This document shows positions 48,543 to 59,205 of a DNA stretch of 64,000 nucleotides, in pieces. The notes under the pieces were generated by a model. That model had not been told where the DNA came from. It did not search any database and saw only the letters and a list, made by a program, of their open reading frames with translations. The translations under genes were made by a program, and so were the position numbers. The stretch is taken from NCBI RefSeq assembly GCF_013041805.1, contig NZ_JABDRI010000094.1, positions 1 to 64,000 on the forward strand, read 5' to 3'. Numbering within the stretch: the stretch's first letter is position 1; each line of letters opens with the position of its first letter. The DNA is from Lutibacter sp. (lineage in GTDB: Bacteria; Bacteroidota; Bacteroidia; Flavobacteriales; Flavobacteriaceae).

Positions 48543-50378
48543 ATGAGTCTAGTATCAGCCAAAGAAATTGCAAAAGTAATTAACCTAGATAAATATGGGT
48601 TTGTTGGAACATTTTTTGGGTGGCTACTCATGAAATTACTACGTATTTCTACAATTAATAAAATATACAATAAGCACAAACATTTAAAAGATATTGCTTT
48701 TTTTACAGCTTTGTTGGATGATTTACAAATTAAATTTGAAATACCTGAAGAGGACTTAAGAAGAATTCCAAAAGAGGGTCCTTTTATTACGGTTTCTAAT
48801 CACCCTCTTGGAGGAATAGATGGTATTTTATTGTTGAAGTTATTAATAGAAAAACGACCTGATTATAAAATTATCGCAAATTTTTTACTGCATAGAATAG
48901 AGCCAATGCAACCTTTTATTATGCCTGTAAATCCTTTTGAAGATAGAAAGGATGAGCAATCTAGTATAATAGGAATAAAAAATGCATTGTCTCATGTTAG
49001 AGAAGGAAATTCATTGGGTGTTTTCCCAGCAGGTGAAGTGTCTACATATAAAGATGGTAAATTAATTGTTGATAAACCGTGGGAAGAGGGTGCAATAAAG
49101 TTGATTCAAAAAGCTAAGGTTCCTGTAATTCCAATTTATTTTCACGCAAAAAACAGCCCCCTATTTTATGTGTTATCTAAATTAAATAGTAAATTAAGAA
49201 CCGCAAAACTACCTTCAGAATTATTGTCGCAAAAAGGAAGAATTATTAAGGTAAGAATTGGAAAACCTATTCATGTAAAAGATCAAGAAGAATATAAAAG
49301 TACTTATGATTTTTGCGATTTTATTCGTAGAAAAACATATATGCTAGCAAACCCTTTTGAAAAAGAAATAAAAACGTTAAATACATCCTCTTTAAAAATA
49401 CCAAAGTCACCAAAGGAAATTGTTTGCCAAAAAAATATTGACAAAATGATTCTTGAAGTGGAAGCACTCAGAAATAATAATGGACGCCTACTTAAAAGTA
49501 AAAACTATGAAGTGTTTTTTGCTCCAAGTAAAAAAATTCCAAATATTATGTTTGAAATTGGACGTTTGAGAGAAATTACTTTTAGAGAAGTAGGTGAAGG
49601 AACGAATGAATCTATTGATTTGGATAAGTTTGATGGTTATTATCATCATTTATTTTTATGGGATGAGGAGGCTAACCAAGTAGTTGGCGCTTACCGAATG
49701 GGTTTAGGAAAAAATATTTATAAAAAGTTTGGAATAGAAGGCTTTTATGTACAAACCCTATTTAAGTTTGAGCCTGAGCTTTATGGAATGATGGAAAATT
49801 CTATAGAAATGGGAAGAGCTTTTATAATTAAAGAATATCAACAAAAACCAATGCCATTATTTTTGTTATGGAAAGGAATTGTTCATATCACATTGCGCTA
49901 TCCAGAATATAAATATTTAATTGGTGGAGTAAGTATTAGCAATCAATTTTCAAATTTTTCAAAATCTTTGATGATTGAATTTATGAAATCTCATTATTAC
50001 GATCCTTACATTGCACAATATATTCATCCTAAAAAAGAATATAAAGTTAAACTAAAGGATGCGGATAAAGATTTTGTATTTGATGCTACCCAAGCAGATA
50101 TGAATAAATTTGATAAGGTAATTGATGAAATTGAGCCCGGTGCATTACGTATTCCTGTTTTGATAAAGAAATATGTGAAACAAAATGCTCGTTTGGTAGC
50201 GTTCAACGTTGATCCAAAATTTAATAATGCCGTAGATGGTTTAATGTATATTAGAGTTGCTGACATACCTGAAAGTACCGTAAAACCAGTTATGGAAGAG
50301 TTTCAAGCAGAACTTGAAAGTCGATTAGAAATTGAAAAGAACAAAGATGAAGTTAATGAAACTCCATCTCCACTTTAA
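48543..50378 (+). CDS. Bifunctional lipid acyltransferase, OlsF-like: an N-terminal PlsC-type O-acyltransferase fused to a C-terminal OlsB/GNAT-like N-acyltransferase
   Basis: HX4D motif SNHPLGGIDG and FPAGEVS in the N-terminal half. The C-terminal half resembles hemolysin/OlsB-type N-acyltransferases (FREVGEGTNE...WDEEANQVVGAYRMG). 611 aa. Confidence 0.55.
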   Translation: MSLVSAKEIAKVINLDKYGFVGTFFGWLLMKLLRISTINKIYNKHKHLKDIAFFTALLDDLQIKFEIPEEDLRRIPKEGPFITVSNHPLGGIDGILLLKLLIEKRPDYKIIANFLLHRIEPMQPFIMPVNPFEDRKDEQSSIIGIKNALSHVREGNSLGVFPAGEVSTYKDGKLIVDKPWEEGAIKLIQKAKVPVIPIYFHAKNSPLFYVLSKLNSKLRTAKLPSELLSQKGRIIKVRIGKPIHVKDQEEYKSTYDFCDFIRRKTYMLANPFEKEIKTLNTSSLKIPKSPKEIVCQKNIDKMILEVEALRNNNGRLLKSKNYEVFFAPSKKIPNIMFEIGRLREITFREVGEGTNESIDLDKFDGYYHHLFLWDEEANQVVGAYRMGLGKNIYKKFGIEGFYVQTLFKFEPELYGMMENSIEMGRAFIIKEYQQKPMPLFLLWKGIVHITLRYPEYKYLIGGVSISNQFSNFSKSLMIEFMKSHYYDPYIAQYIHPKKEYKVKLKDADKDFVFDATQADMNKFDKVIDEIEPGALRIPVLIKKYVKQNARLVAFNVDPKFNNAVDGLMYIRVADIPESTVKPVMEEFQAELESRLEIEKNKDEVNETPSPL

Positions 50379-50382
50379 TACT

Positions 50383-50658
50383 TTAAAACCACTCTTTTTT
50401 GTTTATTTGGTAGGTGTTTATAAACTCTTCATCTGTTTTTGTAAGGTAAATTATGCCCTCAATTAAAGAGATAAGTCCAACAGCACCACAAGTTGCAAAT
50501 GTTAAAACTAGTTGAATGATTCCTGTTTTAGTATAGCCAAGAATAAATTTATGTATGGCAAGTCCTCCAAGTAATATGGCTAAAACACCAGCCAAAATTC
50601 TTTTACTTTCCTCATTACTTTTCGAAATGGTTTTCCCGTTTTCATCTAAAATTTCCAT
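50383..50658 (-). CDS. TM2-domain small membrane protein
   Basis: Two TM helices with a GGLAIHKF-type TM2 motif; 91 aa. Confidence 0.5.
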   Translation of the reverse strand: MEILDENGKTISKSNEESKRILAGVLAILLGGLAIHKFILGYTKTGIIQLVLTFATCGAVGLISLIEGIIYLTKTDEEFINTYQINKKEWF

Positions 50659-50705
50659 GTTGTATTTATGTTTTAAATTCAGAAATACAAAGCTATAAAA
50701 TTATC

Positions 50706-52052
50706 TTATAAAGCAGCGTCAATTGGTTGCCAAAGTTCGATTTTATTTCCTTCAGGATCTAAAATCCAAGCAAATTTACCATATTCGTATTCTTCTATTT
50801 TCCCAATAATTTCAACACCTTCTTTCTTTAATTCATCTAATAGTTTAACCAAATTTTCTACTCTATAATTGAACATATGGTCTTTTTTCGATGGCGAAAA
50901 ATAAGTAGTGTCTTTTTTAAATGGACTCCATTGGGTACTTGATTTTTTGTTTTCTTCATCTTTCCACCAAAAAGTACAGCCCCAATCATCAGTGTGAAAA
51001 CCCAAATGCTTTTTGTACCAATCTTTTAATTCTTGAGGGTTTTTAGCTTTAAAAAATATACCTCCAATGCCCGTAACTCGTTTAAATTCTTCGTTTGAGG
51101 TTAATTCTTTTTTTGAAAAAAATTGTACATTAACTTTATCAACAATAGTTTGTGCTAGTTTTATTTTGGATTCAACAGTCCAACCAGCAATATGAGGAGA
51201 TAATAAGACATTTTCAGCATGAATTAAATAATCAAAAGCTTTTGGTAACGATTCGTTTTCAAATAGATTTTCAAACGACAGTTTTTCGTATTCTAATACA
51301 TCTAAACAAGCTCCCAATACTTTTTTATTTTTAAGAGCATCCACTAAATCGTTCGTAACTATGGCAGAACCTCTAGCAGTGTTAATAATATAAAAAGGTT
51401 TTTTAAACTCATTGATAAAAGAGCTATTTACCATATTATGTGATAAAGCGTTATATGGCGTATGTAAACTTAGAACATCCGTTTTTTCTTGAAGTTCACT
51501 TAATGAAACCTGCTTGCAATTATCATCACCAACACCTTCTTTTATATCATAACAAATTACTTCAACGTCAAAACCTTTTAACTTTTTAGCAAAGGCTTTT
51601 CCCATGTTTCCATAACCAATTATACCAATGGTTTTTCCTTCTAATTCAATACCTCTATTTGCTTCTCTTAACCATTTTCCATTTCTAATTTCAAGATCCG
51701 CTTTTTTAAGGTTATTAAATAACATTAAAAGCATTCCTAACGCATGTTCACCAACGGCATTTCTATTTCCCTCAGGCGCAGAAATTAAATGAATACCTTT
51801 TATTGCAGCATAAGTTTCATCAATGCTTTCAAGACCAGCACCAACACGTGCAATAAATTTTAAGTCGGTTGCTTTGTCTAAAAATTGTGCATCAATATTA
51901 AACCTACTTCTAATAACAACTCCTTCATAATTTTGAATTTTTTCTTCAATTTGTTGTTTGGTTGAAGTATAATCTTCATCACAAATACAACCTAGTTTTT
52001 CTAAACCAGTTTTAAGTAATTCATGATTCTTATCAATTAAAAGGACTTTCAT
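50706..52052 (-). CDS. D-isomer-specific 2-hydroxyacid dehydrogenase (phosphoglycerate-DH-like) fused to a C-terminal VOC/glyoxalase-like domain
   Basis: NAD-binding motif GIIGYGNMG, a catalytic His region, and a ~120-aa C-terminal tail resembling the VOC fold (GIGGIFFKAKNPQELKDWY...ELWQP). The ORF abuts the panB start at 52052. Confidence 0.6.
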   Translation of the reverse strand: MKVLLIDKNHELLKTGLEKLGCICDEDYTSTKQQIEEKIQNYEGVVIRSRFNIDAQFLDKATDLKFIARVGAGLESIDETYAAIKGIHLISAPEGNRNAVGEHALGMLLMLFNNLKKADLEIRNGKWLREANRGIELEGKTIGIIGYGNMGKAFAKKLKGFDVEVICYDIKEGVGDDNCKQVSLSELQEKTDVLSLHTPYNALSHNMVNSSFINEFKKPFYIINTARGSAIVTNDLVDALKNKKVLGACLDVLEYEKLSFENLFENESLPKAFDYLIHAENVLLSPHIAGWTVESKIKLAQTIVDKVNVQFFSKKELTSNEEFKRVTGIGGIFFKAKNPQELKDWYKKHLGFHTDDWGCTFWWKDEENKKSSTQWSPFKKDTTYFSPSKKDHMFNYRVENLVKLLDELKKEGVEIIGKIEEYEYGKFAWILDPEGNKIELWQPIDAAL

Positions 52053-52870
52053 TAATATTGTTCTTCTTCGTTTGGAAAATCTTGACTTTTTACATCTAAA
52101 ATATAATTTGAAAAAGCAGTATTCATTTCAGTATATAAATCTAAATAACGGCGTAAAAACCGAGGATGAAATTCGTGTGTCATACCTAGCATATCGTGCG
52201 TTACAAGTACTTGTCCGTCTACTCCATTTCCAGCTCCAATTCCAATTACTGGAATTGAGATACTTTTAGCAACTTCTTTTGCCAATTTAGCGGGAACTTT
52301 TTCTAAAACTAATGCAAAACAACCTAATTTCTCTAATAAAAGCGCATCTTCTTTTAATTTTTCAGCTTCTTCTTCTTCCTTTGCTCTTACAGAGTAGGTT
52401 CCAAATTTATAGATAGATTGTGGCGTAAGTCCAAGGTGTCCCATAACAGGTATTCCTGCAGTTAAAATTCTAGAAATAGATTCGCTAATTTCGCTTCCAC
52501 CTTCCAATTTCACAGCATGACCACCCGATTCTTTCATAATTCTAATGGCAGAATCCAAAGCACTTCTAGAGTTTCCTTGATAGCTACCAAAAGGCAAATC
52601 AACTACTACCAAACAACGTTCAATAGCTCTAACTACAGAACTTGCATGATAAATCATTTGGTCTAAAGTTATGGGTAAGGTAGTTTCATGGCCGGCCATT
52701 ACATTTGAAGCTGAATCGCCAACCAAAATAATATCAATACCCGCGTGGTCTACAATTTTTGCCATCGTATAATCGTAGGCGGTAAGCATGGCAATTTTTT
52801 CGCCATTATTTTTCATTTCTACTAAAGTCTTAGTTGTAATTCTTTTATAATCTTTTTTTGCTGATGACAT
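52052..52870 (-). CDS. panB: 3-methyl-2-oxobutanoate hydroxymethyltransferase
   Basis: [10 protein letters not shown] and GHLGLTPQS motifs; 272 aa. Confidence 0.9.
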   Translation of the reverse strand: MSSAKKDYKRITTKTLVEMKNNGEKIAMLTAYDYTMAKIVDHAGIDIILVGDSASNVMAGHETTLPITLDQMIYHASSVVRAIERCLVVVDLPFGSYQGNSRSALDSAIRIMKESGGHAVKLEGGSEISESISRILTAGIPVMGHLGLTPQSIYKFGTYSVRAKEEEEAEKLKEDALLLEKLGCFALVLEKVPAKLAKEVAKSISIPVIGIGAGNGVDGQVLVTHDMLGMTHEFHPRFLRRYLDLYTEMNTAFSNYILDVKSQDFPNEEEQY

Positions 52871-53034
52871 TTGCTAATGTTTAATTCTTAAAAGGTAAAA
52901 GTAATGAAAATTCAGTTTTATTTGTAAAAGATATATTTTTAATGCATTTTATTGAAATAAGTTTAAATGATTATCTCCTAATTAATTTTAAAACCAAGTA
53001 ATTATAAGTTATATTTACTTCAAAATTATCTGTT

Positions 53035-53829
53035 TTGAGCACCCATAAAAGTTTAGAGTCAAAAAAATATATAGAAGAATTAGAAGATAAAATTGTAGCT
53101 CTTAGCTTGCAGTATAAAAGTAAAGCGAATGAGTTAAATTTATTGAATGAAAGTCATGAAAAATCTGTTGGAAAATTAATTCATAACTTGAGAAATCCAA
53201 TAGGTGTTATTTTTTCTTTTTCTGATATGATATTAGAAGATTTAGATGACTATACTCCAGATAAACTTGAAAAGCACATTCAAATAATAAAAAGTTCAGC
53301 AGCATTTTCGTTAAAAATGATAACTACTGTTGCTAAAAACACACAGTTAAATTCACCAGAACATAGATATGATTTTAAAACTATAAATTTTGTTGAGTTA
53401 GTAAATGAAGTTATTAATGAATTGACTGAAAATGCTTTAATGAAAAACTGTATAATTAAAACAGATATTGAAAACCATCCAATACATTTAAGTTTAGATT
53501 TAACTGAAATTTCAGTTGCATTAAAGCACATTATTAATAATGCGATTAGATATTCTGATGAAAATTCGGTAGTTAAAATTATACTTAAAGAAAATGAAAA
53601 TACTGTTGATATTGCTGTCATTGATCAAGGAATTGGTATTAGTGAAGAAAATTTAGGTCAAATTTTCAAAGAATTTTTTGTTGTAAATACCTACTCAGAG
53701 GATAAGCAAAAGTGTATTGGCTTAGGTTTATCAATTGCAAATAAAATTATTAAAGATCATAAAGGTAAAATTTCTGCAACAAGCAGTTTAAATAAAGGAT
53801 CTACTTTTAAAATAACTTTACCAAAATAA
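53035..53829 (+). CDS. Soluble histidine kinase core (HisKA plus HATPase_c) with no sensor domain or TM
   Basis: H-box HNLRNPIG and G-boxes GIGLGLS and GSTF; 264 aa. Confidence 0.7.
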   Translation: MSTHKSLESKKYIEELEDKIVALSLQYKSKANELNLLNESHEKSVGKLIHNLRNPIGVIFSFSDMILEDLDDYTPDKLEKHIQIIKSSAAFSLKMITTVAKNTQLNSPEHRYDFKTINFVELVNEVINELTENALMKNCIIKTDIENHPIHLSLDLTEISVALKHIINNAIRYSDENSVVKIILKENENTVDIAVIDQGIGISEENLGQIFKEFFVVNTYSEDKQKCIGLGLSIANKIIKDHKGKISATSSLNKGSTFKITLPK

Positions 53830-53931
53830 ATTTTTACTATTCTTATTTTAGGATCCTTATTTAGTAAAATAATTGTAACATATTAAAAAAAATGTATCTT
53901 TATAATATGTAAAGCCCCAAACGTTAATAGA

Positions 53932-56900
53932 ATGAAAAATAAGGTTACTCCAAAAACTAATCTTACCGATTCAAATAAACTTGTGAAATCATCTCAAGTA
54001 CTTTCAGATAAACTAAATAATAAATATTTTACTTTTTTCGAAAACGTACCAGTGGCTTTATGGATTGAGGATTTTTCAAAAGCAAAAAAACACATTAGTA
54101 GTCTAGCTAAAGAAAATAATACGAGTATTAAAGACTACTTAGCAAATCATCCAGCTGTAATTTCAAAGTTATCATCATTAGTTGAGATTAAAGATGTAAA
54201 TGCGATCGCTGTTAATTTATATAAAGCTAAAAGTAAAGCTGAACTATTAAATAATTTAAATACAGTTTTTACAAAAAAATCTATAGAAGGTTTTTCAAAA
54301 TTAATTAAGGCAATTTTAAATAAAGAGAATGTAGGCGAAATAGAGTCTATTAACAAAACATTAGAAGGAAATGAATTTAACGTTGCAATTAAGTTTAATG
54401 TACTTAGTGGAAGTGAAGAATCACTTGAGAATGTTATTGTTTCTATTGAAGATATTTCAGAAAAAGTAAGAGCTAGAACTGTACTATTTGAAAGTGAAAA
54501 AAGATATAGGCAAGCACAAGCAATTGCCAAAATTGGAAGCTGGAGTTATAAATTTTCTTCAAAAAAAACATATTGGTCGGATGAAGTATATAAAATTTTA
54601 GGAGTTAATGAACGTAATAAAGAAATAAATCTCGATTTTTATTTATCATTTGTTCATACAGATGATCGATTTTTAGTCAATAATTTTAGCATAGATTTTT
54701 TGTTAAAAAACCAAACTCAAAATTTACAGTATAGAGTTCAATCAAATCTTGGAGAATTAAAATATATTAATGAAAAACGAAGTGTTATTGTCAAAGATGA
54801 AAAAATTATAGAAGTAATAGGAATTTGTCAGGATATTACTGAAACTGTAATCAATGAAAAAAAGTTAAATACTACTAAAAATCTTTTTTCAAACACACTA
54901 TCAAGTATAAAGGATGGATTTGTTATTTTAGATTATAATTCTAATTATTTATATGTTAATAAGGAAGCTGCAGATTTATTAAATGTAAAGAGTCCTCAAA
55001 ATTTAATAGGTAAACATATTTGGACTGAGTTTCCTGAAAAAGAAGGAGATACTTTTTTTGACAATTACCATAAAGCGCTAGAAACAAGAAAACCGATACG
55101 TTTTGAAAATTATTTTAAACCTTGGAATAGATGGTTTGAAAATAGAATTATTCCTTCAAATGAAGGGATGCTCTTGTTTTTTCATGAAATAACAGATAAA
55201 AAGGAGTCAGAAAATAAAATTAAGGAAGCTTATAATATTATTAATAAAAGTTCAACTATTGCAATTTTATGTAAAAACGAATGGGATTTTCCAATTGAAT
55301 TTGTCTCTGAAAATGCCTTAGGTTTATTTGGATATACCAACAAAGAGTTACTATCAAATGAACTAAAAATTGCAGAATTAGTGCATCCTGATGATTTAAA
55401 AGAAATTAGCAATCAAATTTTTACCATCTTAAAAGACTCAAATTTTGAGGCTATTAGACCAGAACCATTTAGAATTATTACAAAAAAAGGTGAAATAAAA
55501 TGGGTTAGATCAAATATTGATACCGTTAGAAATAAAAACAATGAAATAACACATATTCAAGGAATTACTGAAGATTATACTGAACAGAAATATACAGAAG
55601 ACTTATTATTTGAACGAAGTCAACGGTTAAAAGATCAATTTAATAATACGCCGTTAGCTTCAATAATGTGGGATGTAGATTTTAAAATTGTAGAATGGAA
55701 TGATGCTGCAGAAAGAATTTTTGGGTACACAGCTGAAGAAGTAAAAGGAAAAGAATGTAAAGATTTATTGACACCTCCACATTTGCTAGACCATATGAAA
55801 GAGTTAAGAGAAAATTTATTTTCTCAAGAAGATGGGCTTAAAAACACCAATGAGAATATAACAAAAAGCGGAGAAATAATAATTTGCGATTGGTATAGTG
55901 TTGTCTTACGTGATGTTCAAAATAATATTGTTGGAAGTGCTTGTTTGGTTGATGATATAACAGACAGAAAGAAAACAGAAAATTTACTCTTTGAAAGTAA
56001 TCAACGCTTTACAGATCAGTTTAATAATACGCCATTAGCGTCCATAATTTGGGATGTAGATTTTAATGTGTTGGAGTGGAATAATTCAGCACAAAGAATA
56101 TTTGGTTACTCGTCAGAAGAGGCCAAAATAAAGCCAATTAAAGATTTAATAACACCTCCTTATTTAGAAGTTGAAATGAAGGAGATGCTAAAAGAATTGT
56201 TAAAACAAAAAAAAGCGTTTAGAAATACAAATGAGAATGTAACTAAATCAGGAGAACTCATAACTTGCGATTGGTATAATGTAATTTTAAAAGATGCTCA
56301 AGGAAATTTAACAGGAGTTGCCTCATTAGTTGATGATATTACCGAAAGAGTAAAATCAAAAGAATTACTACAAAAGTCTGAACAGAAGTATCGAGATATT
56401 TTTGAAAAAACAATTGATGCTGTTTTAATTATAAAAGATGGCGTTTTTGTGGATTGTAATGCATCAACCTTAAAAATGTTTGGATATAAAGATAAGGCAT
56501 CATTATTCCAATTACATCCATCAAAAATTTCACCAGTAAAACAAAATAATGGAATAAATTCGTACATAAAAGCTGAAGAAATGATTAAAATTGCTCTTGA
56601 AAATGGGAGTAATAGATTTAGATGGCTGCATAAACGGAAAAACGGACAAGTATTTCCTGCGGAAGTATCTTTAACAAGGATAGATGATATTGATAATACC
56701 GATAGAATTCACTCAGTTGTTGAAGATATTACTGAAAGAGTAAAAAAGGAACAACTTGAAGATGTTTTATACAATATTTCAAAAGCCGCTCTTACTATTA
56801 ATGATTTTAAAAAATTTGGTTATTTTATAAAAGTTGAATTAGAACAAATTATAGACACAAATAACTTTTATATTGCAATTTATAATGAAGAAACCGATAT

Positions 56901-58386
56901 TATAACAACCCCAGTTTTTGTTGATGAAAAGGAAGATGTTGAAGAGTTTTATGCTGAAAATTCATTAACAGGTTATGTTATAAAATCAAAAAAGCCTTTG
57001 CTATTAACGAACGAAGAACATGTAAGTTTAATAGAAAAAGGAGAAGTATCTTTAGTTGGTTTGCCTACAGAATGTTGGTTAGGCGTACCTTTAATTATCA
57101 AGAACAAATCAATAGGTGCAATAGTTGTTCAAAGTTATGATAATGAAAATGCTTACAATGAAAATGATGTTCAATTATTAGAATTTGTTGCAGATCAAAT
57201 AAGTACAACAATTCAGCGTAAAAAAGCTGAAAACGAATTAACAGTTGCCTTAAAAAAAGCACAAGAGTCAGATAAGTTAAAATCATCGTTTTTAGCAAAT
57301 ATGAGTCACGAAATAAGAACTCCTATGAACGGAATCATTGGCTTTTCTGAATTGTTTTTAGAACCAAATTTAACAGATAAAGAAAGAAATAACTACGCTC
57401 AAGTAGTAATTAATAGTAGCAAACAATTATTATCTATTGTAAACGATATTTTGGATATTTCAAAAATTGAAGCAGGGGTAGTGCAGTTGGACTATGAACC
57501 TATTAATTTAAATCAATTATTAGATAGGATGTATGGATTTTACAATCCTAAGGCTTTAGAAAATAATTTAGAGTTGAATTGTAAAAAAGGGTTGGGAGAT
57601 GTTGAAAGTTTTATTGAAATTGATCAAACTAAATTAAGTCAAATTTTAACAAACTTATTATCCAACGCTTTTAAATTTACAGATAGCGGTAGCATCAAAT
57701 TTGGTTATGAATTGAAAGAAAATTACTTGCAATTTTTTGTAAAAGATACAGGAGTTGGCATTGAATATAATCTACAAAATAAAATTTTTGATAGATTTAT
57801 ACAGGCAAATACACATTTAAGTAAAAAATTACAAGGAACCGGACTTGGACTATCAATTTCGAAAAAATTTGTTGAGTTATTTAAAGGGAAAATATGGGTA
57901 GACCCAACAAATACGCAAGGAACTACCATCTTTTTTACAATACCTTATATAAAATCAGCAAAAACAACAAAAATAACTTCTGTTTTTGAAACAGATTTAA
58001 AACCTAAAAATGAAGTGAAAGATTTAAACTTAACTATTCTAGTTGCTGAAGATGAAGAGTATAATATGATGTATATCAACGAATTATTTTCAAAAACAAA
58101 TTTCAATATTATTGAAGCAGAAAACGGAAAAAAAGCAGTGGAGTTATTTCTTAAGAATCCAGAAATAGATTTAGTATTAATGGATATTAAAATGCCTATT
58201 ATGGATGGTAATGAAGCAATGAAAATAATTAAAAAGGAAAAACCTTTAATACCTGTGGTTGCACTATCCGCTTTTGCAATGGAGTCAGATAAAAAAGCCG
58301 CAATAAAAGAAGGCTTTGATGCTTATTTAACAAAACCAATTGATAGAAAATTACTTTTTAATATTATTGATAAATACGCAAATTAA
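53932..58386 (+). CDS. Giant cytoplasmic hybrid sensor histidine kinase: multiple PAS/PAC domains, a GAF domain, HisKA, HATPase_c and a C-terminal receiver
   Basis: At least five PAS-like modules, including a near-identical tandem pair. GAF-like segment around LPTECWLGVPLIIKNKSIGAIVVQSY. H-box ANMSHEIRTPMNG, ATPase G-boxes, and a receiver domain (LVAEDEEYN...DLVLMDIKMP...K). Confidence 0.85.
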   Translation: MKNKVTPKTNLTDSNKLVKSSQVLSDKLNNKYFTFFENVPVALWIEDFSKAKKHISSLAKENNTSIKDYLANHPAVISKLSSLVEIKDVNAIAVNLYKAKSKAELLNNLNTVFTKKSIEGFSKLIKAILNKENVGEIESINKTLEGNEFNVAIKFNVLSGSEESLENVIVSIEDISEKVRARTVLFESEKRYRQAQAIAKIGSWSYKFSSKKTYWSDEVYKILGVNERNKEINLDFYLSFVHTDDRFLVNNFSIDFLLKNQTQNLQYRVQSNLGELKYINEKRSVIVKDEKIIEVIGICQDITETVINEKKLNTTKNLFSNTLSSIKDGFVILDYNSNYLYVNKEAADLLNVKSPQNLIGKHIWTEFPEKEGDTFFDNYHKALETRKPIRFENYFKPWNRWFENRIIPSNEGMLLFFHEITDKKESENKIKEAYNIINKSSTIAILCKNEWDFPIEFVSENALGLFGYTNKELLSNELKIAELVHPDDLKEISNQIFTILKDSNFEAIRPEPFRIITKKGEIKWVRSNIDTVRNKNNEITHIQGITEDYTEQKYTEDLLFERSQRLKDQFNNTPLASIMWDVDFKIVEWNDAAERIFGYTAEEVKGKECKDLLTPPHLLDHMKELRENLFSQEDGLKNTNENITKSGEIIICDWYSVVLRDVQNNIVGSACLVDDITDRKKTENLLFESNQRFTDQFNNTPLASIIWDVDFNVLEWNNSAQRIFGYSSEEAKIKPIKDLITPPYLEVEMKEMLKELLKQKKAFRNTNENVTKSGELITCDWYNVILKDAQGNLTGVASLVDDITERVKSKELLQKSEQKYRDIFEKTIDAVLIIKDGVFVDCNASTLKMFGYKDKASLFQLHPSKISPVKQNNGINSYIKAEEMIKIALENGSNRFRWLHKRKNGQVFPAEVSLTRIDDIDNTDRIHSVVEDITERVKKEQLEDVLYNISKAALTINDFKKFGYFIKVELEQIIDTNNFYIAIYNEETDIITTPVFVDEKEDVEEFYAENSLTGYVIKSKKPLLLTNEEHVSLIEKGEVSLVGLPTECWLGVPLIIKNKSIGAIVVQSYDNENAYNENDVQLLEFVADQISTTIQRKKAENELTVALKKAQESDKLKSSFLANMSHEIRTPMNGIIGFSELFLEPNLTDKERNNYAQVVINSSKQLLSIVNDILDISKIEAGVVQLDYEPINLNQLLDRMYGFYNPKALENNLELNCKKGLGDVESFIEIDQTKLSQILTNLLSNAFKFTDSGSIKFGYELKENYLQFFVKDTGVGIEYNLQNKIFDRFIQANTHLSKKLQGTGLGLSISKKFVELFKGKIWVDPTNTQGTTIFFTIPYIKSAKTTKITSVFETDLKPKNEVKDLNLTILVAEDEEYNMMYINELFSKTNFNIIEAENGKKAVELFLKNPEIDLVLMDIKMPIMDGNEAMKIIKKEKPLIPVVALSAFAMESDKKAAIKEGFDAYLTKPIDRKLLFNIIDKYAN

Positions 58387-58624
58387 TACAGTTACTACTG
58401 AAAAATAAATTTATTTTATTAATTTTAGGTAGTTCGATCTCACATATATTTATAAGTAAAATTGGATATCTAAAAACAGCATTAACAACACAATTCAAAC
58501 TTTTTTAAAGGAATAACCCAAAAGAGATGCTATACTTATGAATAAATGTATAAGCAGCTCATTTAAATTAAAAGAGTAATAATAGAAAGATTTAACTACT
58601 TTAGTATTTAAGTAAATAAATTGA

Positions 58625-59194
58625 ATGTCATATTCAAAGAAACATACGCTAGATCCAACTAATTGGATAGAACTGCACTCAGATTATTTGTATAATTATA
58701 CAATTAGTAGAATTAATAATCATGATGTAGCAAAAGATATCATACAAGACACTTTTTTTGCAGCACTCAAAGGAAAAGATAACTTTAAAGGAAATGCAAG
58801 TGAAAGAACATGGTTAATTTCTATTTTGAAACGGAAAATTATTGATTATTATCGAAAAATAAACTCAGCTAAAGGGAAAGCAGAAGTTAGAATGAATTTT
58901 TATTCAGATGGCGAAAGAGAAGGACAGTGGATTGAAGAACGTGTTCCAAGTACTTGGGATGCTGAGGTTGAAAAAGATATTGAAAATGAAGAATTGAGTA
59001 AAGCTATTGAAAAGTGTTTGGGTTTTTTGCCGGAAAAGTATGCTATAGTGTTTAGAATGAAAACTATACAGCAATTTGAAACAGAAGAAATTTGTAATGA
59101 ATTAGCCATAACTTCGTCAAATCTTTGGGTTATTATTCATAGAGCTCGAACTCAATTAAGAAAATGCTTGGAAGATAGTTGGTTTAAAAATTAA
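58625..59194 (+). CDS. ECF-subfamily RNA polymerase sigma-70 factor
   Basis: Region-2 (DIIQDTFFAAL) and region-4 helix-turn-helix segments; 189 aa. Confidence 0.8.
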   Translation: MSYSKKHTLDPTNWIELHSDYLYNYTISRINNHDVAKDIIQDTFFAALKGKDNFKGNASERTWLISILKRKIIDYYRKINSAKGKAEVRMNFYSDGEREGQWIEERVPSTWDAEVEKDIENEELSKAIEKCLGFLPEKYAIVFRMKTIQQFETEEICNELAITSSNLWVIIHRARTQLRKCLEDSWFKN

Positions 59195-59205
59195 AAAATA
59201 CTATT

